A stretch of DNA of 64,000 nt from Eledone cirrhosa (GCA_964016885.1 OZ024744.1:85870001-85934000); one strand, 5' to 3'; counted from the first letter of the stretch, positions 45,900 to 62,460 are shown. Translations and numbers: made by a program. The notes: generated by a model from the letters alone, not told the origin.

Positions 45900-47172
45900 G
45901 TGCCCCTGATGTTTGTTGCTAGAGGTGGTAACGGGTTCAAGTCTGACATTGTTATATATTGGGTTTAAAGTTTTGGAAGGAGTGTCGGAAGCGGTGTTGG
46001 CAAGACACGAACACTTCTGATTTTTTATTAAGGAGGTTATGGTTTGAGAAGATGATAGTATGGGTCTCTAGTAGACAGAGGTTACAAAATTTATTAGGTG
46101 GTTTGTACGATGTCGCGTTACCTAACACTTCCCATTTAAGTGTATATGGTTTTTTTTTTTTTTAGATAGTGTATGTAGCTAGATAGTGAAGTGGAGTTGG
46201 CTAGACTGTGTTTTTTGAAAGAGTGGAGGTGCGAATTGTATCTGGTTTTGAAGCAGTTAGAAGTAGAGCCTATATAGGTTTCAGAAGAATTGCTAGTTGT
46301 GACTGTGCATGAGTATATGATATCCTTGATTAAGCATTTTTTATCTAAAGGGCAGGTTCTATTTGATCTACAGTTACAATTATTCTGGGTGTTAGTCTGC
46401 CGGTTATTATGTTGTGTAGAAGTCTGGATGGTAGCTATAGGGTTATGGTTATGTGGTTTGTCGTTCCCAGCGTTATTGTTTACACTAGTGCTATTACTAT
46501 TATTTCTATTGGTATTAGGGTTAGTTGCTATAATGTTATTTTGAAGGTTTATCGTCTGTTGTGATTTAGTTTGTTGGAAGTAAGAATTAATTTTTCTTTT
46601 ATTGCTACTAGCTATGTGGTATGCTATGTTAGGCGCAGTAGAGTAGGAGAGATTTTAATAGTGTTTTTGTTTAAAAGGCTATGGTACTTGTGGCCGGATG
46701 GGAAGTTTTTATCTAGTAGTGAGAAGAAAGCCCTAGGTAGGTTGGTAGAGACGTTTAGATTGAAAGGAGGGTTGACAAATGTATTATTTCTTCTTCTATT
46801 TTTGTTTTTTATGTCTGGTGAGTTGTTTCCTTTTATGGTACTATGGTAATTTCTGTGGTGTGGGTTACTTTTGTTGGCATCTTCATTATTAGTGTGTCTG
46901 TGGTTGCTATTCCTATTACTAAATTTCGTCATGGACATGTTGTGTGAAATAATGTTGTAGCTATGTGTTTTTGTAGGTAGGAACTCGATCTCTATATTAT
47001 GGCCTGATCTAGTTAATGCCTGATTATAATATTGCGAGTTTTTGCTAAATATATTTACGTCATAGGATAGATTAGAGATTCTATTAGATACTCCCTTAGA
47101 GATAGAGTTTAATATAGATCTAGGGTGGTTAGACTTGGTATCTACGTAAATGAGTTTTTCATTAGGTTTGTG
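45900..47172 (-). mobile_element. PLE fragment (RT thumb, linker, GIY-YIG) in the IR spacer
   Basis: HKPNE..SNHPRSI, FVNPPFNLNVSTN, CNCRSNRTCPLDKKCL, YIGSTSNCFKTRYNSH, CNLCLLE, LNKKSE. Confidence 0.85.
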
Positions 47173-48272
47173 GAATTGATCTCTGGACTACCCTAGTGAT
47201 ATTTAAATGTGCCTTGCAATCAGACATGCAATGACCCAGAGCTTACCAAGAGTCATATATAGAAGTGATTCTAATAAAACCCTGCCAGTTTCTGCGGGTG
47301 GACTACACTTACAAAGATCATTGATTTGGAGATCTGACTCTTCATGTAGAATATTCGGTTGTGGCACTCTATGATAGAAGGTAATCATCCTAATATGAAC
47401 ACCTTTAGTACATCTTGATAGACTACACTGTAATTTATAGATAAGATACTTAAATTTAGAAATTGGTTATAACCTTATATGATAGGGACTCATTTGAGAC
47501 ACCATTAATGTACTTTAGGATAATAAATTTAGCTATAGAAATCATCTAGTTACCTCCCCTTACGCATTAATTCCCCTTAATCACACACACACTTCCGGAA
47601 TATAATACGATGTCAACTCTCACAACAAAAACAACCTGCTCTATAGAATCGAATTGAGTACGACAAGCTGTGAAGTTCAAACATGGTTCACCAGGCACCC
47701 AATGTTGAATTATCGTGGATTGTGTGATGGACATGTAGTCTATAAATTGCGTTTCCTGGATTGTGAGAGTGGTGGTGTGTGCGAGGACAGTGGTGCTCTT
47801 TTGCTTCTCATTTGTAATATTTTTGATATTTTTGATATTTTGGTGTTTCTCTACACACGGGCTTCTATATCGTACAGGTGTGTGTGAAAAATGCTTTACC
47901 AGTACAACCCCCATGATGCTCTTGATTGCCTGCTTTGACTGCTTGTTTTACATGTAACAATCTGCCGCACTACAATCTTGTATAAATAGGACACGCGTGC
48001 ATGCCTCACGTGTGACAGTTGCATACACTGGCTACTCCAAACTTTCCTCTTGCTTTATCTTCGTAAACTGCCAATGTTTTATTTTAATTTTAATTTTAAT
48101 TTTAACTTTAACTTTAATTTTGTCCTTTAATATGACTGTAATCTTTGTATGTAAATTTCCATGCTATATTATTATAATGGATGTCAACCCACTGTGGGTC
48201 AATATATACATATGTTTCTATATGTCTCTTGTATTGAAAAGGAGGTCAAGTATATAAAAAATCACTGAATAA

Positions 48273-48321
48273 TTGCTCTGAAGAGGTCAAACCTCGGTTT
48301 GGAAGAAACAATTGTAAGCAA
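48273..48321 (+). ncRNA. Type I hammerhead ribozyme in the right IR arm (mutated mirror ~44389-44437 on -)
   Basis: TTGCT-CTGAAGA-GGTCAAACC-TC-GGTTTGGAA-GAAA-CAATTG-TA|AGCAA. Confidence 0.75.
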
Positions 48322-48520
48322 ATAAATGATTTAAACAGAACTTTGATTCATGTAATTTCTATATAACTGCTCTGTAAAACAACTGATGTTATTACATTGA
48401 GCTATTTGTCTTACTGGTAATAAGGTAGTAATAAATTACTGCCTTTCACTATTTAGGGTTTAAAATATATATAACTATAAAAGGTTTTAGTATATACATA
48501 ACCATAAATAGTATCCTTAA

Positions 48521-48567
<47 letters not shown>

Positions 48568-48610
48568 TTTATAAATTTGAAGACTAAAATCCAAAGAGGG
48601 TTCGATAAGG

Positions 48611-48725
<115 letters not shown>

Positions 48726-49228
48726 GTATATATATATAGTAATAATTATAAATTTGAAGACTAAAATTCAAAGAGGGCTCGATAAGGATAAATATATATC
48801 AAATATATATGAACCGTAGAGCAAATATTTATTAAAATAACAGATTAAAGTTTAAGCAAAGAATCGCTGCTTTCGCCCTTAACGGGATCTTCTGAAACTA
48901 ACAAAGTCAATCTGTGAACGCAGAAGTGAATATTTCAAAAACGTTGCAACCGGAGGAAGACAGGAAGACGATACTTTGATTCGTGGAAACGTTCCCTGGC
49001 AAAGAACGGGAAAACACGAATATAATACGTCATTAATAGGAGCGGTGAAAAACAATTACACGCAAAGACAGAACCACGATTATGGTATAAATGAAGACGT
49101 AGACTAATATTCTATTAGGTGGTTCATAGAGACGTTCTCTGGCAATGAACGGAAAAAACGAAGCAGCGATTCTTTGCTTAAACTTTAATCTGTTGTTTTA
49201 ATATATATATTTATATATATATATAAAT

Positions 49229-50008
49229 ATGTCAACTCTGGATGTCGGTGAGCATGTCCAGCCAACCTCAGTCTCCTGTGTGTCACTTGTGAGCTGACTT
49301 TTGGGATGCTCCCATACAGCTCTGAGTTTTTCATCCTCAGTGTATACTGATTAATGTTCAGAGCCATCCTCAGCATTCTCGTGTAGCACCCATCCACCAT
49401 CTGAGTGAGTCTCTTGGTCAGTGTCCAAGTCTCAGACCCATACAGCAGCACAGACTCCACTACAGCAATGAAGAGGCGGATTTTCAGGTCTCTACGAAGG
49501 TCCGACTTCCACACCGATCTCAAGCTGTGACACGCCGCCCAGGCCTTGCTCTTCCTCTCAACCACATCATCTTCCGTATTCCCAATCTTTGCTCCCAAAT
49601 ACAGGAACTCCTCAACCAATTCCAGCGGCTTACCGCCTACATTAGTGATCCCCTCTGGCTTCTCAACATTCTCTACCAGATATTTTGTTTTAGTCTCATT
49701 CATTCTCAGCCCCACACTCATCGATACAGTCTCAACCTCCCGCATCAAATCCTCTGCCTCCTTCACTGTATTTGTCACCAAAACTATGTCGTCGGCAAAT
49801 TTAGCATCCGATACCTTTTTCGCCCCAACTCTCCTGCTCTGAGCCCCTACATGGACACACTAGAAGAGGAAGACCAAGGTTAACATATGTTGATGCCCTA
49901 AGGACAGACACTGGTCTGTTGGAGATGCAGGATATGGCAGAGATAATGAGGGACAGAGACCGCTGGAGAGAACTCGTCCATGGATCTCGGGAATTTTACC
50001 CGCCTTAG
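49229..50008 (+). mobile_element. RTE copy with 5' inversion
   Basis: 49229-49845 is the reverse complement of 12328-12944, and 49841-50008 corresponds to 12965-13132. Confidence 0.9.
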
Positions 50009-50200
50009 ATAGATAGATATATAAATATACACATATATGTAGAGAGAGAAATAGTTCCACAACAGCTAGTTTACCATTACGGAGGTGAAACAATTGTTTT
50101 TTGTATTGGTAACTAACTTATGTGGAAGAACTCCTTCTACTAAACTCGTCCCATGGACCGAGTGCTCTACCACTGCGGATATAATCCACCAGTGTTCTAC

Positions 50201-50252
<52 letters not shown>

Positions 50253-50527
50253 ACACACACGCACACACACACACATATATATATATATAATATATATATA
50301 TTTATAATCGGTGCTTTCACCCTTAACGGGATCTTCTGAAGATCCCGTTAAGGGTGAAAGCACCGATTCTTTGCTTAATCTTTAATCTGTTATTTTAATA
50401 AATATTTGCACTAGCGTTCTTATATATTTGGTATATATTTATCCTTATCGAGTCATCTTTCGATTTTAGTTTTCATATTTATTATTATTACTATTATCTA
50501 TATATATATATAAATAAATATATCTCT

Positions 50528-52060
50528 CTAGGGCGGGTAAAATTCCCGAGATCTATGGACGAGTTCTCTCCAGCGGTCTCTGTGCCTCATTATCGCTGCC
50601 ATGTTCTGCGTCTCCAACCGATCAGTGTCTGTCCTTAGGGTATCAACATATGTTAACCTTGGTCTTCCTCTTCCAGTGTGTCCATGTAGGGGCTCCCACA
50701 GGAGTACTGAGCGCTGTGTCAACTCTGGATGTCGGTGAGCATGTCCAGCTAACCTCATTCTCACCTGTGCCACTTTTGAGCTGACTTTTGGGAGGCTCCC
50801 ATACAGCTCTGAGTTTTTCATCCTCAGTGTATACTGATTAATCTTCAGAGCCATCCTCAGCTTTCTCGTGTAGCACCCATCCACCATCTGAGTGAGTTTC
50901 TTGGTCAGTGTCCAAGTCTCAGATCCGTACAGCAGCACAGACGCCACTACAGCAATGAAGAGGCGGATTTTCAGTCTTTACGAAGGTCCGACTTCCACAC
51001 CGATCTCAAGCTGTGACACACCGCCTAGGCTTTGCTCTTCCTCTCAACCACATCATCTTCCATATTCCCGATCTTTGCTCCCAGATACAGGAAGTCCTCA
51101 ACCAATTCTAGCGGCATCCCGCCTACATTAGTGATGCCCTCTGGCTTCTCAACATTCTCTACTAGATATTTTGTTTTAGTCTCATTCATTGTCAGCCCCT
51201 CACTCATCGACACAGTCTCAACCTCCTGCATCAAATCCTCTGCCTCCTTCACTGTATTTGTCACCAAAACTATGTCGTCGGCAAATTCAGCATCTGATAT
51301 CTTTTTCGCCTTAACTCTCCTGCTCTGAGCCGGTGCTACAGTAAACCAATGCAGTGGCGGAAGCAAGTGAGACCCTGTTTCCGAGGCGAAAGAACAAAAG
51401 GAAGCACGTCAGCTCTGCAGACCCAAAGGTTTGTGCAACCAGAGAACACCTGAAAGCTGCCAAGGACCAATTCTATGCTGATCCTACGGAAGAGAGGATG
51501 GAGACTGTGGAGGTGATGCGGGAAGAACTCTGTGCCGCTTACACTGAGTCCAGAGAGGAGGCACTGATAGAGTAGATCAGAAGTGTGGAGAGAGCGGTTG
51601 ACAGGTCTGGATGTAAGGAGAGCTGGATGATCATCAACGAGATCACAGGGAGGAAGAGAAGGTGTTTGAGTCAGATCCAGGGAACAGAACCCGATAGGAA
51701 GAGGAAATTGCTAGACCATTTTAGGACCCTACTAGGAGAGCCACCCTCCACAGCCCAGAGCACTGGGGAGATCAGGCGGCTGTTTGAAGAACTGGATATT
51801 GAGACAGAGCCCTTCACCAGAGAGGAGCTTCAGAGAGCCAAGAAGAAGATCAAGTAGGGTAAGACTCATGGAGAAGATGGAGAGGTGTGATGTTGATGAT
51901 ATCATCCTGGGGTTCTGTAACCAGGCACTGGAGGAAGGAGTTTCCCCGAATCAGTGGAGGATCAGTAACATCGTCACAGTGCCAAAGAAGGGAGATCGCG
52001 CTAACACCAACAACTACAGGGGGTTCTCACTGACATCACTTGTGGCAAAGACCCTCAACA

Positions 52061-52064
<4 letters not shown>
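50528..52064 (-). mobile_element. RTE copy with 5' inversion
   Basis: 50528-51348 is the 3' part on minus. 51349-52064 is the upstream part on plus, ending at the equivalent of 11892. Confidence 0.9.
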
Positions 52065-52100
<36 letters not shown>

Positions 52101-52106
<6 letters not shown>

Positions 52107-52234
52107 TCTGAAGACAGGATATATATGTGTAGGTATGTATATTCCCTCTGATAGTTTGTAAACATTTTACATAGATCTATATGATATACATACCAACACA
52201 CACATATATATCCTAGAAACGATCGTAAAATGAT
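52101..52234 (+). ncRNA. Type I hammerhead with ~100-nt stem II
   Basis: ATTATTT-CTGAAGA-[AGGATATATATGTGT...ACACATATATATCCT]-GAAA-CGATCG-TA|AAATGAT. Confidence 0.7.
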
Positions 52235-52946
52235 GAATTTTTTAATATAAGGAACTGTTTCTTTGTTTTTATTCATTATTTTTACTAATTTATATATATA
52301 TATATATATATATATCAACTGGAAATTGATTGACATATATATATATCTAAAATAAACATATGAAACAATCACAGGGGATAATCTGTAAAAGTGTGTAAGC
52401 ACACACAGCTAGGTAGGTAACTAATTAAAGTTTAACTACAACTTCAAAAATAGATACCTTATAAATTGATTAATCTTCCTTGTATATATTTCATTAAAGA
52501 AATATATTTCTCCAATTAATTGATTGGTAAACGACAGTAGCCAAATCCTGGATTTTCAACAAGGAAGAAGACTTAACTATCTGTGATTACACATCAAATT
52601 CAAATCTGTGACTAACTATTAGCACGCGTTGCAACTGATACAAATACACACACATCGCGCCAGATTTGTCCCAGTGGCGTGAATAGGGTTATCGACAGCT
52701 AGAAATAGCAGTCAAGTCCTTTCAACTGAGTTAGCTCTACAATTAAGGTGCCGTATTTATATAAATCGAACATTTAAATTAAATTAAGTGTGTCATGTCA
52801 AAGAGACATGCGCCATATGTTTATTTTAGATATATATATATGTCAATCAATTTCTAGATGATATAAAATGCTTGGATTTATTCATTGGAAACTTGGAGCA
52901 TATTTTACAGTGGACATGACACCCTTAATTTAATTTAATGTGTGTG

Positions 52947-53452
52947 TAAGTATGTATACGTACATACATATGTATACAGACGTACAGTAGTATGTATATA
53001 CATACATACATGGACACATATATATATGTACGTATCAGCCGAATTATTAGCCCGAATTATTAGCCGTACAGTGCTCGGCAACCATCGCTACCCTATTTGT
53101 TCAACAATGACAAAGGAACGATGAACTAGTTTCTAGCTTTTTAGCTGTCATCAGCACCGTATACCTTCCTGTCAGTTGATTGAACGGCCGACTAACTCAT
53201 CCGATATGCAAATTAGGCTTCTCAGCCGTTAATATGCATAAAGAAAGTATATACTTTCGAAAATTCAATCAACTGACAGGAAGGTATACAGTGCCGATGA
53301 CAGCTAATAAGCTTGAAACTAGTTCATCGTTCCTTTGTCAGTGTTGAAAAAATAGGGCAGCGATGGTTGCCAAACACTGTACGGCTAATAATTGGGGCTG
53401 TTTGTTTACAAACAAACCGAACATTATAATAAATGTTCGGTAAACCCATACG

Positions 53453-53487
<35 letters not shown>

Positions 53488-53558
53488 ATGTATGTATATA
53501 TATATATACATACTACTGTACGTCTGTATACATATATGTATGTACGTATACATACTTA
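52947..53558. mobile_element. Family J palindromic module with two divergent HHRs
   Basis: HHR on - at 53118-53160 (CTGATGA, GUU) and on + at 53288-53330 (CCGATGA). Confidence 0.8.
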
Positions 53559-53596
53559 TATTTATTTTTAAGAGTGAGAAATGAAATTTCATTTTT

Positions 53597-53628
<32 letters not shown>

Positions 53629-53631
53629 AAC

Positions 53632-55405
<1,774 letters not shown>

Positions 55406-55513
55406 ATATATATACATATGTATATATGTGTGTGTGTATATATATATATATATAAACCCACATATATATATATAAACGCATATATATATATTTATAAATA
55501 TATATAGATATAG

Positions 55514-55574
<61 letters not shown>

Positions 55575-55591
55575 TTTATATATATATATGT

Positions 55592-55643
<52 letters not shown>

Positions 55644-55653
55644 TCATATATAC

Positions 55654-55745
<92 letters not shown>

Positions 55746-55825
55746 TTATTAAAATAACAGATTAAAGTTTAAGCAAAGAATCGTATATATATGTATCTGT
55801 ATATATATATATATACATGCACATA

Positions 55826-55896
<71 letters not shown>

Positions 55897-55994
55897 AGAT
55901 ACATATATATATATATTTATATATATATATATATGTATGTATAAGTATATCAATATGTATATATTTATACCTACGTACACACACAACCACACGG

Positions 55995-56026
<32 letters not shown>

Positions 56027-56035
56027 TTGTTATGC

Positions 56036-56093
<58 letters not shown>

Positions 56094-56184
56094 ATATATA
56101 TGTGTGTGTGTGTGTGTTCTTATATCTACACTATCTATCAGTGTGCTTATGAATTTTCATTCATTCTCTTCATTTCTTTTTTTT

Positions 56185-56230
<46 letters not shown>

Positions 56231-56434
56231 TTTTTTCATTTCTATCTAATTTGTGAACAGTTTTGACAGTACATACCACATCATAATTTTTCTTTCTTAC
56301 ATCAAAGCAACCGCACTAAACATGCTGCTGGGTCAATAATGATTTTGGTATCTTCTTTTGTACTTGTTCAGTTCTTGTTTCCGAATTATCTTTTTACTCT
56401 GCAAAAGAACGTTGACCATTCTTTTACATTTCAT

Positions 56435-57261
56435 TGTTATATTGTTGGTGGTGTTGCTGGTGGTGGCGGTGGTGTAAGTTGTGTTGGTTGTTTCTGTTGG
56501 TGGTGGTGGTGGTGTTGGTGGCGGTGGCGGTGGCGGTGGCGGCGGCGGTGGTGGTGGCGGCGGCGGTGGTGGTGGTAGTATGGTGGTGGTGGTGGTGTTT
56601 GTGTTGCTGGTGTTGATGGTGTATTGGGTGGTGGTGGTGGTGGTGGTGGTGGTGGTGGTGTTAGTGGTGGTGTTGGTGGTGGTGTTGGCGGTGTTGGTGG
56701 TATTGGTGTTGTTGATTGGCGGTGAAGGTGGTGGTGTTGTTGTTGTTGGTGGTGTTGGTGATGTTGGTGGTATTTGTGGTGTTGGTGGTGGTGTTGGTGG
56801 CAATGGTGTTGTTGATGGCGGTGTAGGTGGTGTTTGTGTTGGTGATGGTGGTGTTGGTAGTATTGATGGTGTTGATGGTGTTGGTGTTGGTGGTGGTGTT
56901 GGTGATATTGGTGATGTTGGTGGTGTTGGTGTTGGTGTTGGTGTTGGTGGTGATGTTGGTGGTATTGGCGGTGTTGGTATTGTTGGTGGTGTTGGTGGTA
57001 TTGATGGTGTTGGTGGTGTTGGTAGTGTTAGTGGTATTGTTTGTGTTGTTGGCGTTGGTGGTGTTGGTGGTGTTGGTAGTGTTGGTAGTGTTGGTGGTAT
57101 TGGTGTTATTGACGCTGGTATTGGTGGTATTGGTGGTGTTTGTGTTGTTAGTGTTTGTGTTGTTGATGTTGGTGGTGATTGTGTTGGGGGTGTTGGCGGT
57201 ATCGGTGTTGGCGTTGATACTGTTGATCTTGAGTGTTGTTGTCGGTATACTTTTTGTTGTT

Positions 57262-57330
<69 letters not shown>
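56435..57330. repeat. Degenerate (GGT/GTT)n low-complexity tract
   Basis: Trinucleotide mosaic ending in pure (GTT)n. Confidence 0.9.
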
Positions 57331-57577
57331 ATTGTCTTTTGAGGTAGTCTTTTCTTTTCTATTTCTTTTCTCAATTAATTTCCGGGACATTGTGTTAAAT
57401 CGTAAATCGTTTTGGGGAAATACGAATTCATATGATGAAAGAATAAATTATATCCATATCTTTTGTCCAGAAACAACTGAAATCAATTTATTGACTATCA
57501 ATATTTTCATACATTCACACAGACACACGCGCACAGACACATACATTAATATATATATATACATATATATATTTATC

Positions 57578-57667
<90 letters not shown>

Positions 57668-57729
57668 CATACAGATACAAATATTAATACATATACACTC
57701 ACACCCACACTCACACACAAGCTTATATA

Positions 57730-57760
<31 letters not shown>

Positions 57761-58147
57761 GTATACGGTCAAATACATATGCTGATATATGTATCAGAGG
57801 TCTGATAGATCAAACAAATCTAAGATCAGGTGCGTTCTACAAATAATGATATTATCTTTGTTGTTTTTGCTTGAAGTGAGGGGTCACTATTATGTATAGA
57901 ATTGCTTTACTACTGTAAACTTCCTTCTTTAATACAGTAGGGTGTGATTTGTGGGAAATAGTATTGCTATTCCTAGCAGGTATGTTGAATATTTTCGGAT
58001 AGTCTTATTGCACCGTGTATATATCGATATATGATACCCGGAATGCATATTGGTCAACCGCTGCACAAAATGATTAATTCATTTTGTATTAGCGCAGTTC
58101 ATTCAATGCCACCTGCATGAATGTACATCCAAACATACATACATACA

Positions 58148-58215
<68 letters not shown>

Positions 58216-58272
58216 TAAACAACCAACACATACTTAAAATATATATATATTTACACATACACACACACACAC

Positions 58273-58322
<50 letters not shown>

Positions 58323-58558
58323 GATATAATATATATCTGTGTGTATGGGTGTGTGTGTGAGTTCAATCAGGGGTAACAACATTAGGTATGGTACTCAATA
58401 TATTAATAGAGTGTAAACATCATGTTTAATATAGAAATGGATCCTACTTAACTAGAACTGTTTCATTCAAAAGAAATCACACCAGCAAAGCGCTTTCATG
58501 ATGATTTCTTTTGAATGAAACAGCTTTAGTTTTGTAGAAGCCATTTCTATATTAAGCA

Positions 58559-58595
<37 letters not shown>

Positions 58596-58654
58596 AAAAG
58601 TTTCAGGGCCCCGACGGCAGAGCTCAAGCCGTTTCGACGGCTTTTTCTGGCCAG

Positions 58655-58806
<152 letters not shown>

Positions 58807-58842
58807 TCACAAGTGTGTTTTAACCCTCATATCATGTCTCCC

Positions 58843-58913
58843 TATTTTATCTGACGAAAACGCAAATGTTATTGCATGATGATATTTGTTTTTGAAATGC
58901 GCATAATAAAATA
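58843..58913 (+). ncRNA. Type I hammerhead ribozyme
   Basis: TATTTTAT-CTGACGA-[AAACGCAAATGTTATT..GATGATATTTGTTTTT]-GAAA-TGCGCA-TA|ATAAAATA. Confidence 0.8.
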
Positions 58914-58943
58914 CATGGAACTCTTTTAACCATCTTTCGATCT

Positions 58944-59024
<81 letters not shown>

Positions 59025-59075
59025 TACATATATAAATATATATATATACATACATACATACATACATACATACAT

Positions 59076-59521
59076 GATGGCTGCCAACTCGTTTTCGAGT
59101 ACGGTCACTACTTTATATCCATGTAGGAGAACCCCTACCGATGCGCTGAACGAGTGTGACTTTTTAGTCCAGCCAGCGACTTGAAAACTCTGGTACAAAC
59201 ACTACACTTGTGACAATTATTGACACATAGTGCTGGGCCCATGGTAGGACAATTATTGACACATAGTGCTGGGCCCATGGTACCATGTGACGACAAGTGC
59301 AGAGAGATCTCCAGATATAAAGCAATGCCTGTGCCGTGAAGCTTTTATAGTGAGCAAAGGCACTGCACAAAGCCAGTCCCACTCTCTTAACCAAGATGAT
59401 ATTTACCAAAAAGAAGAACAAGTCAACATCATTGGATACCATCAGAGTTGCAGGTGTTATATCAGAGTTTTCCTTCTCCTAGAATTCTGCCTTGACAAAG
59501 GCTAAGGGGTCATCTCTCCCG
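59076..59521 (-). mobile_element. Second copy of the 7241-7668 element
   Basis: Near-identical reverse complement with an internal 36-bp tandem duplication, flanked by (CATA)n. Confidence 0.8.
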
Positions 59522-59779
59522 TACATACATACATACATACACACGAACATACATACACATGAACATGGTGATTGCTTATTCTTGTCAGAAGAGTGCCATC
59601 CCTTCATTGAACATTGCACGATCATATGCACTCAGGTGACTTTTCAGATCCGCTTTTCTTATGCAGGTACTTTCATAGATGTGGCACTAAAACTGCCTGT
59701 CTCCTGGTAATACCGGCTGGGGTGTGTCTTCATGAAGTTTACCATGTCTGGTCAGTCCAGCCGCTGACTTTCAAATGAA

Positions 59780-60262
59780 CGATGGAGTGTGTGGCGGTAG
59801 AATCATCTTCCTGTTGCCTCGATTTCTCCTCGGCTCGTGTGATTTCAATTGGTTAACAAAACTAGCTCTTGTTAGAAGAAACCGGCCACATACATTGCAC
59901 CTCAACACCTACTGGATTTTTTCATGCATTGCACTTGAGTCCCACTTACGAAGAGAACGCTTCAAAACAGCATGCTCAGCTCGCCTTTTCTCAAAGACAT
60001 CACATCCATATTTGATGACTTTTCCCCATGATGTATGGCCTTCAGACAGTCTTTATGTTAAGATTAACTTTTATGACATTCTTAAAGCGCTTCTTTGGTT
60101 TATGCTGTGGCTGTTTTCCTCTGGTCAGTTCCCCATAAAACAGCTGTTTATTCAGCTTTCCATCATCCATTCTGACCATACCACCAGCCCAATGCATCTG
60201 GTTTATAATAATCCTCCTTTCAATACTGGTACTACATGCTTTTTCAAGTACCACAGCATCAG
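59780..60262 (-). pseudogene. RTE-BovB-like 3' fragment
   Basis: HWAGGMVRMDD..KQLFYGEL..KPKKRFKNVIK and CNVCGR. Confidence 0.8.
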
Positions 60263-60349
60263 GTGTGTAAGAGGATCAATTGATGACAGTGGACAACAAG
60301 TTAGTGTCTTTCAACGTGAAACAGGAGAGGATACAAGTTGTAATGGTAA

Positions 60350-60660
60350 AATTGGAGGAATGGAAATCAATAGTGATAATTCCAATTTTCAAAAAGGGGG
60401 ACATGAGAGATTGCTCCAATCATAAACTAATCTTGTTGAGCCTTCCCGGTATAGTAATCTCTTTGTCAGACACTATGATAAGAATATTTTCGAGTTGAAT
60501 CTAGCTGATGAAATTGTGGTGTTCGCTCAAGACGTAGCACAGCCGACTAAGCATTTACCTTGCTGCAGGTCTTCAAAACATCGTATGAGAATTGCCGAGA
60601 GGTAGGTGTATGCTTGTTTTGTAAACCTCGAAAAGACAGGACCGCATTCCACGAGACTTG
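60350..60660 (+). pseudogene. Degenerate RTE RT N-terminal fragment
   Basis: EEWKSIVIIPIFKKGDMRDCSNH..LLSLPG. Confidence 0.6.
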
Positions 60661-60961
60661 TTGTGACATAAAACATTCAATATGGGTGGCTTTCGCATGC
60701 ACGCACATGCATCCCCTCCCAAATATATATGTATTTTACCTTTTACCTTTTATCTTTTACCGTTTCCAGCCATAGGGCTGAGGCCATGGTGGGGCACCAC
60801 CCTTGTTACTACACGTTCTATTGGCCATTGGTGTAAGAGGGAGTTCGTTGCTGCTGTCCTTAGGTTGCCTGCGTACCACGCTGAAAACTATTGAAAACAT
60901 CCACGTCCACACCATGCAGATCGCACACATCTCTTGAGAGCTTGTTTGGAGAGTTGCCCCT

Positions 60962-61036
<75 letters not shown>

Positions 61037-61697
61037 CATAAATACATACATACATACATATGTAAGTATGAATGTGAGTATATGTGCGTGTCTCGGGTGT
61101 ATTTCTGCTCAGTTAAGGTCTATCAAATTCACAAAGTTATTGTTAAATTAAAAATAGCTGCCCACAGTTCTGCTCGTTGTGACTGAGCCCGAGACCACGA
61201 GATTTTGAATGAAATCTCATAGCCAAAACGATTATGTTTGTCCCTAAATGTATCTATTAACGCAGAGTATTATATATCTGTCTTTGTTTTATAGTTTGGT
61301 TGGGGAATGACAGAAATTTAAACTATGATATTAGGCAAAAAAAAAAAAAAAAAAGAATTTTTAAAGAGGAAAAATGAAATATATAATAGTTATTTCGACT
61401 AATGAAATATATATACGAAAAAGCTATTAGGTGAAATATCAAAGGATTTAGAAATATTATTTTATGTGTGTGTGTGTGTGTATTAATATATCGTGGTGGG
61501 GGAAGGAGATATACAGTTCAGTAGAAGTAAACTAACAATGCCCTTGAGAAATTCCTGAACTTTCCTCTGCTAGGTTTCTGTTTTCCGAGTCAAACCTCAC
61601 CATATAAATCTTCCATCTTAGATTCAAAATATGAGAGGAGGGAATTGAGGTTTTTCGTGTACTTATTTCCGAAACGAAACAATATATGTCTTAAATA

Positions 61698-62226
<529 letters not shown>

Positions 62227-62420
62227 AAGGTTTATATATATATATATAATTTATTTTGAAACTTTTTCATTATTTGCTAAACCTTGTTTATATATATATA
62301 TATATATAAACAAGGTTTAGCAAATAATGAAAAAGTTTCAAAATAAATTTTAAAAAATTTACTTTACCTACTATAGTTACCTTTACCGATCGGTTTCGAA
62401 TCCCAAAAATAAAACGGAGA

Positions 62421-62460
<40 letters not shown>

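Larger units (their letters stand above)
44352..48358. repeat. Large inverted repeat, ~1186-bp arms, 1.6-kb spacer
   Basis: Arms 44352-45537 and 47173-48358. The mirrored near-identical ORFs in the ORF track agree with this. Confidence 0.95.

Noticed and set aside
44352-48358. A-to-G editing signature between IR arms
   Set aside because: The differences I checked are mixed in type and direction.
56333-57374. Gly/Val-rich or Thr/Asn mucin-like ORFs
   Set aside because: The degenerate GGT/GTT repeat is open in many frames on both strands, with no splice or domain evidence.
59775-60425. 216-aa plus-strand ORF
   Set aside because: It is the antisense shadow of the RTE fragment.
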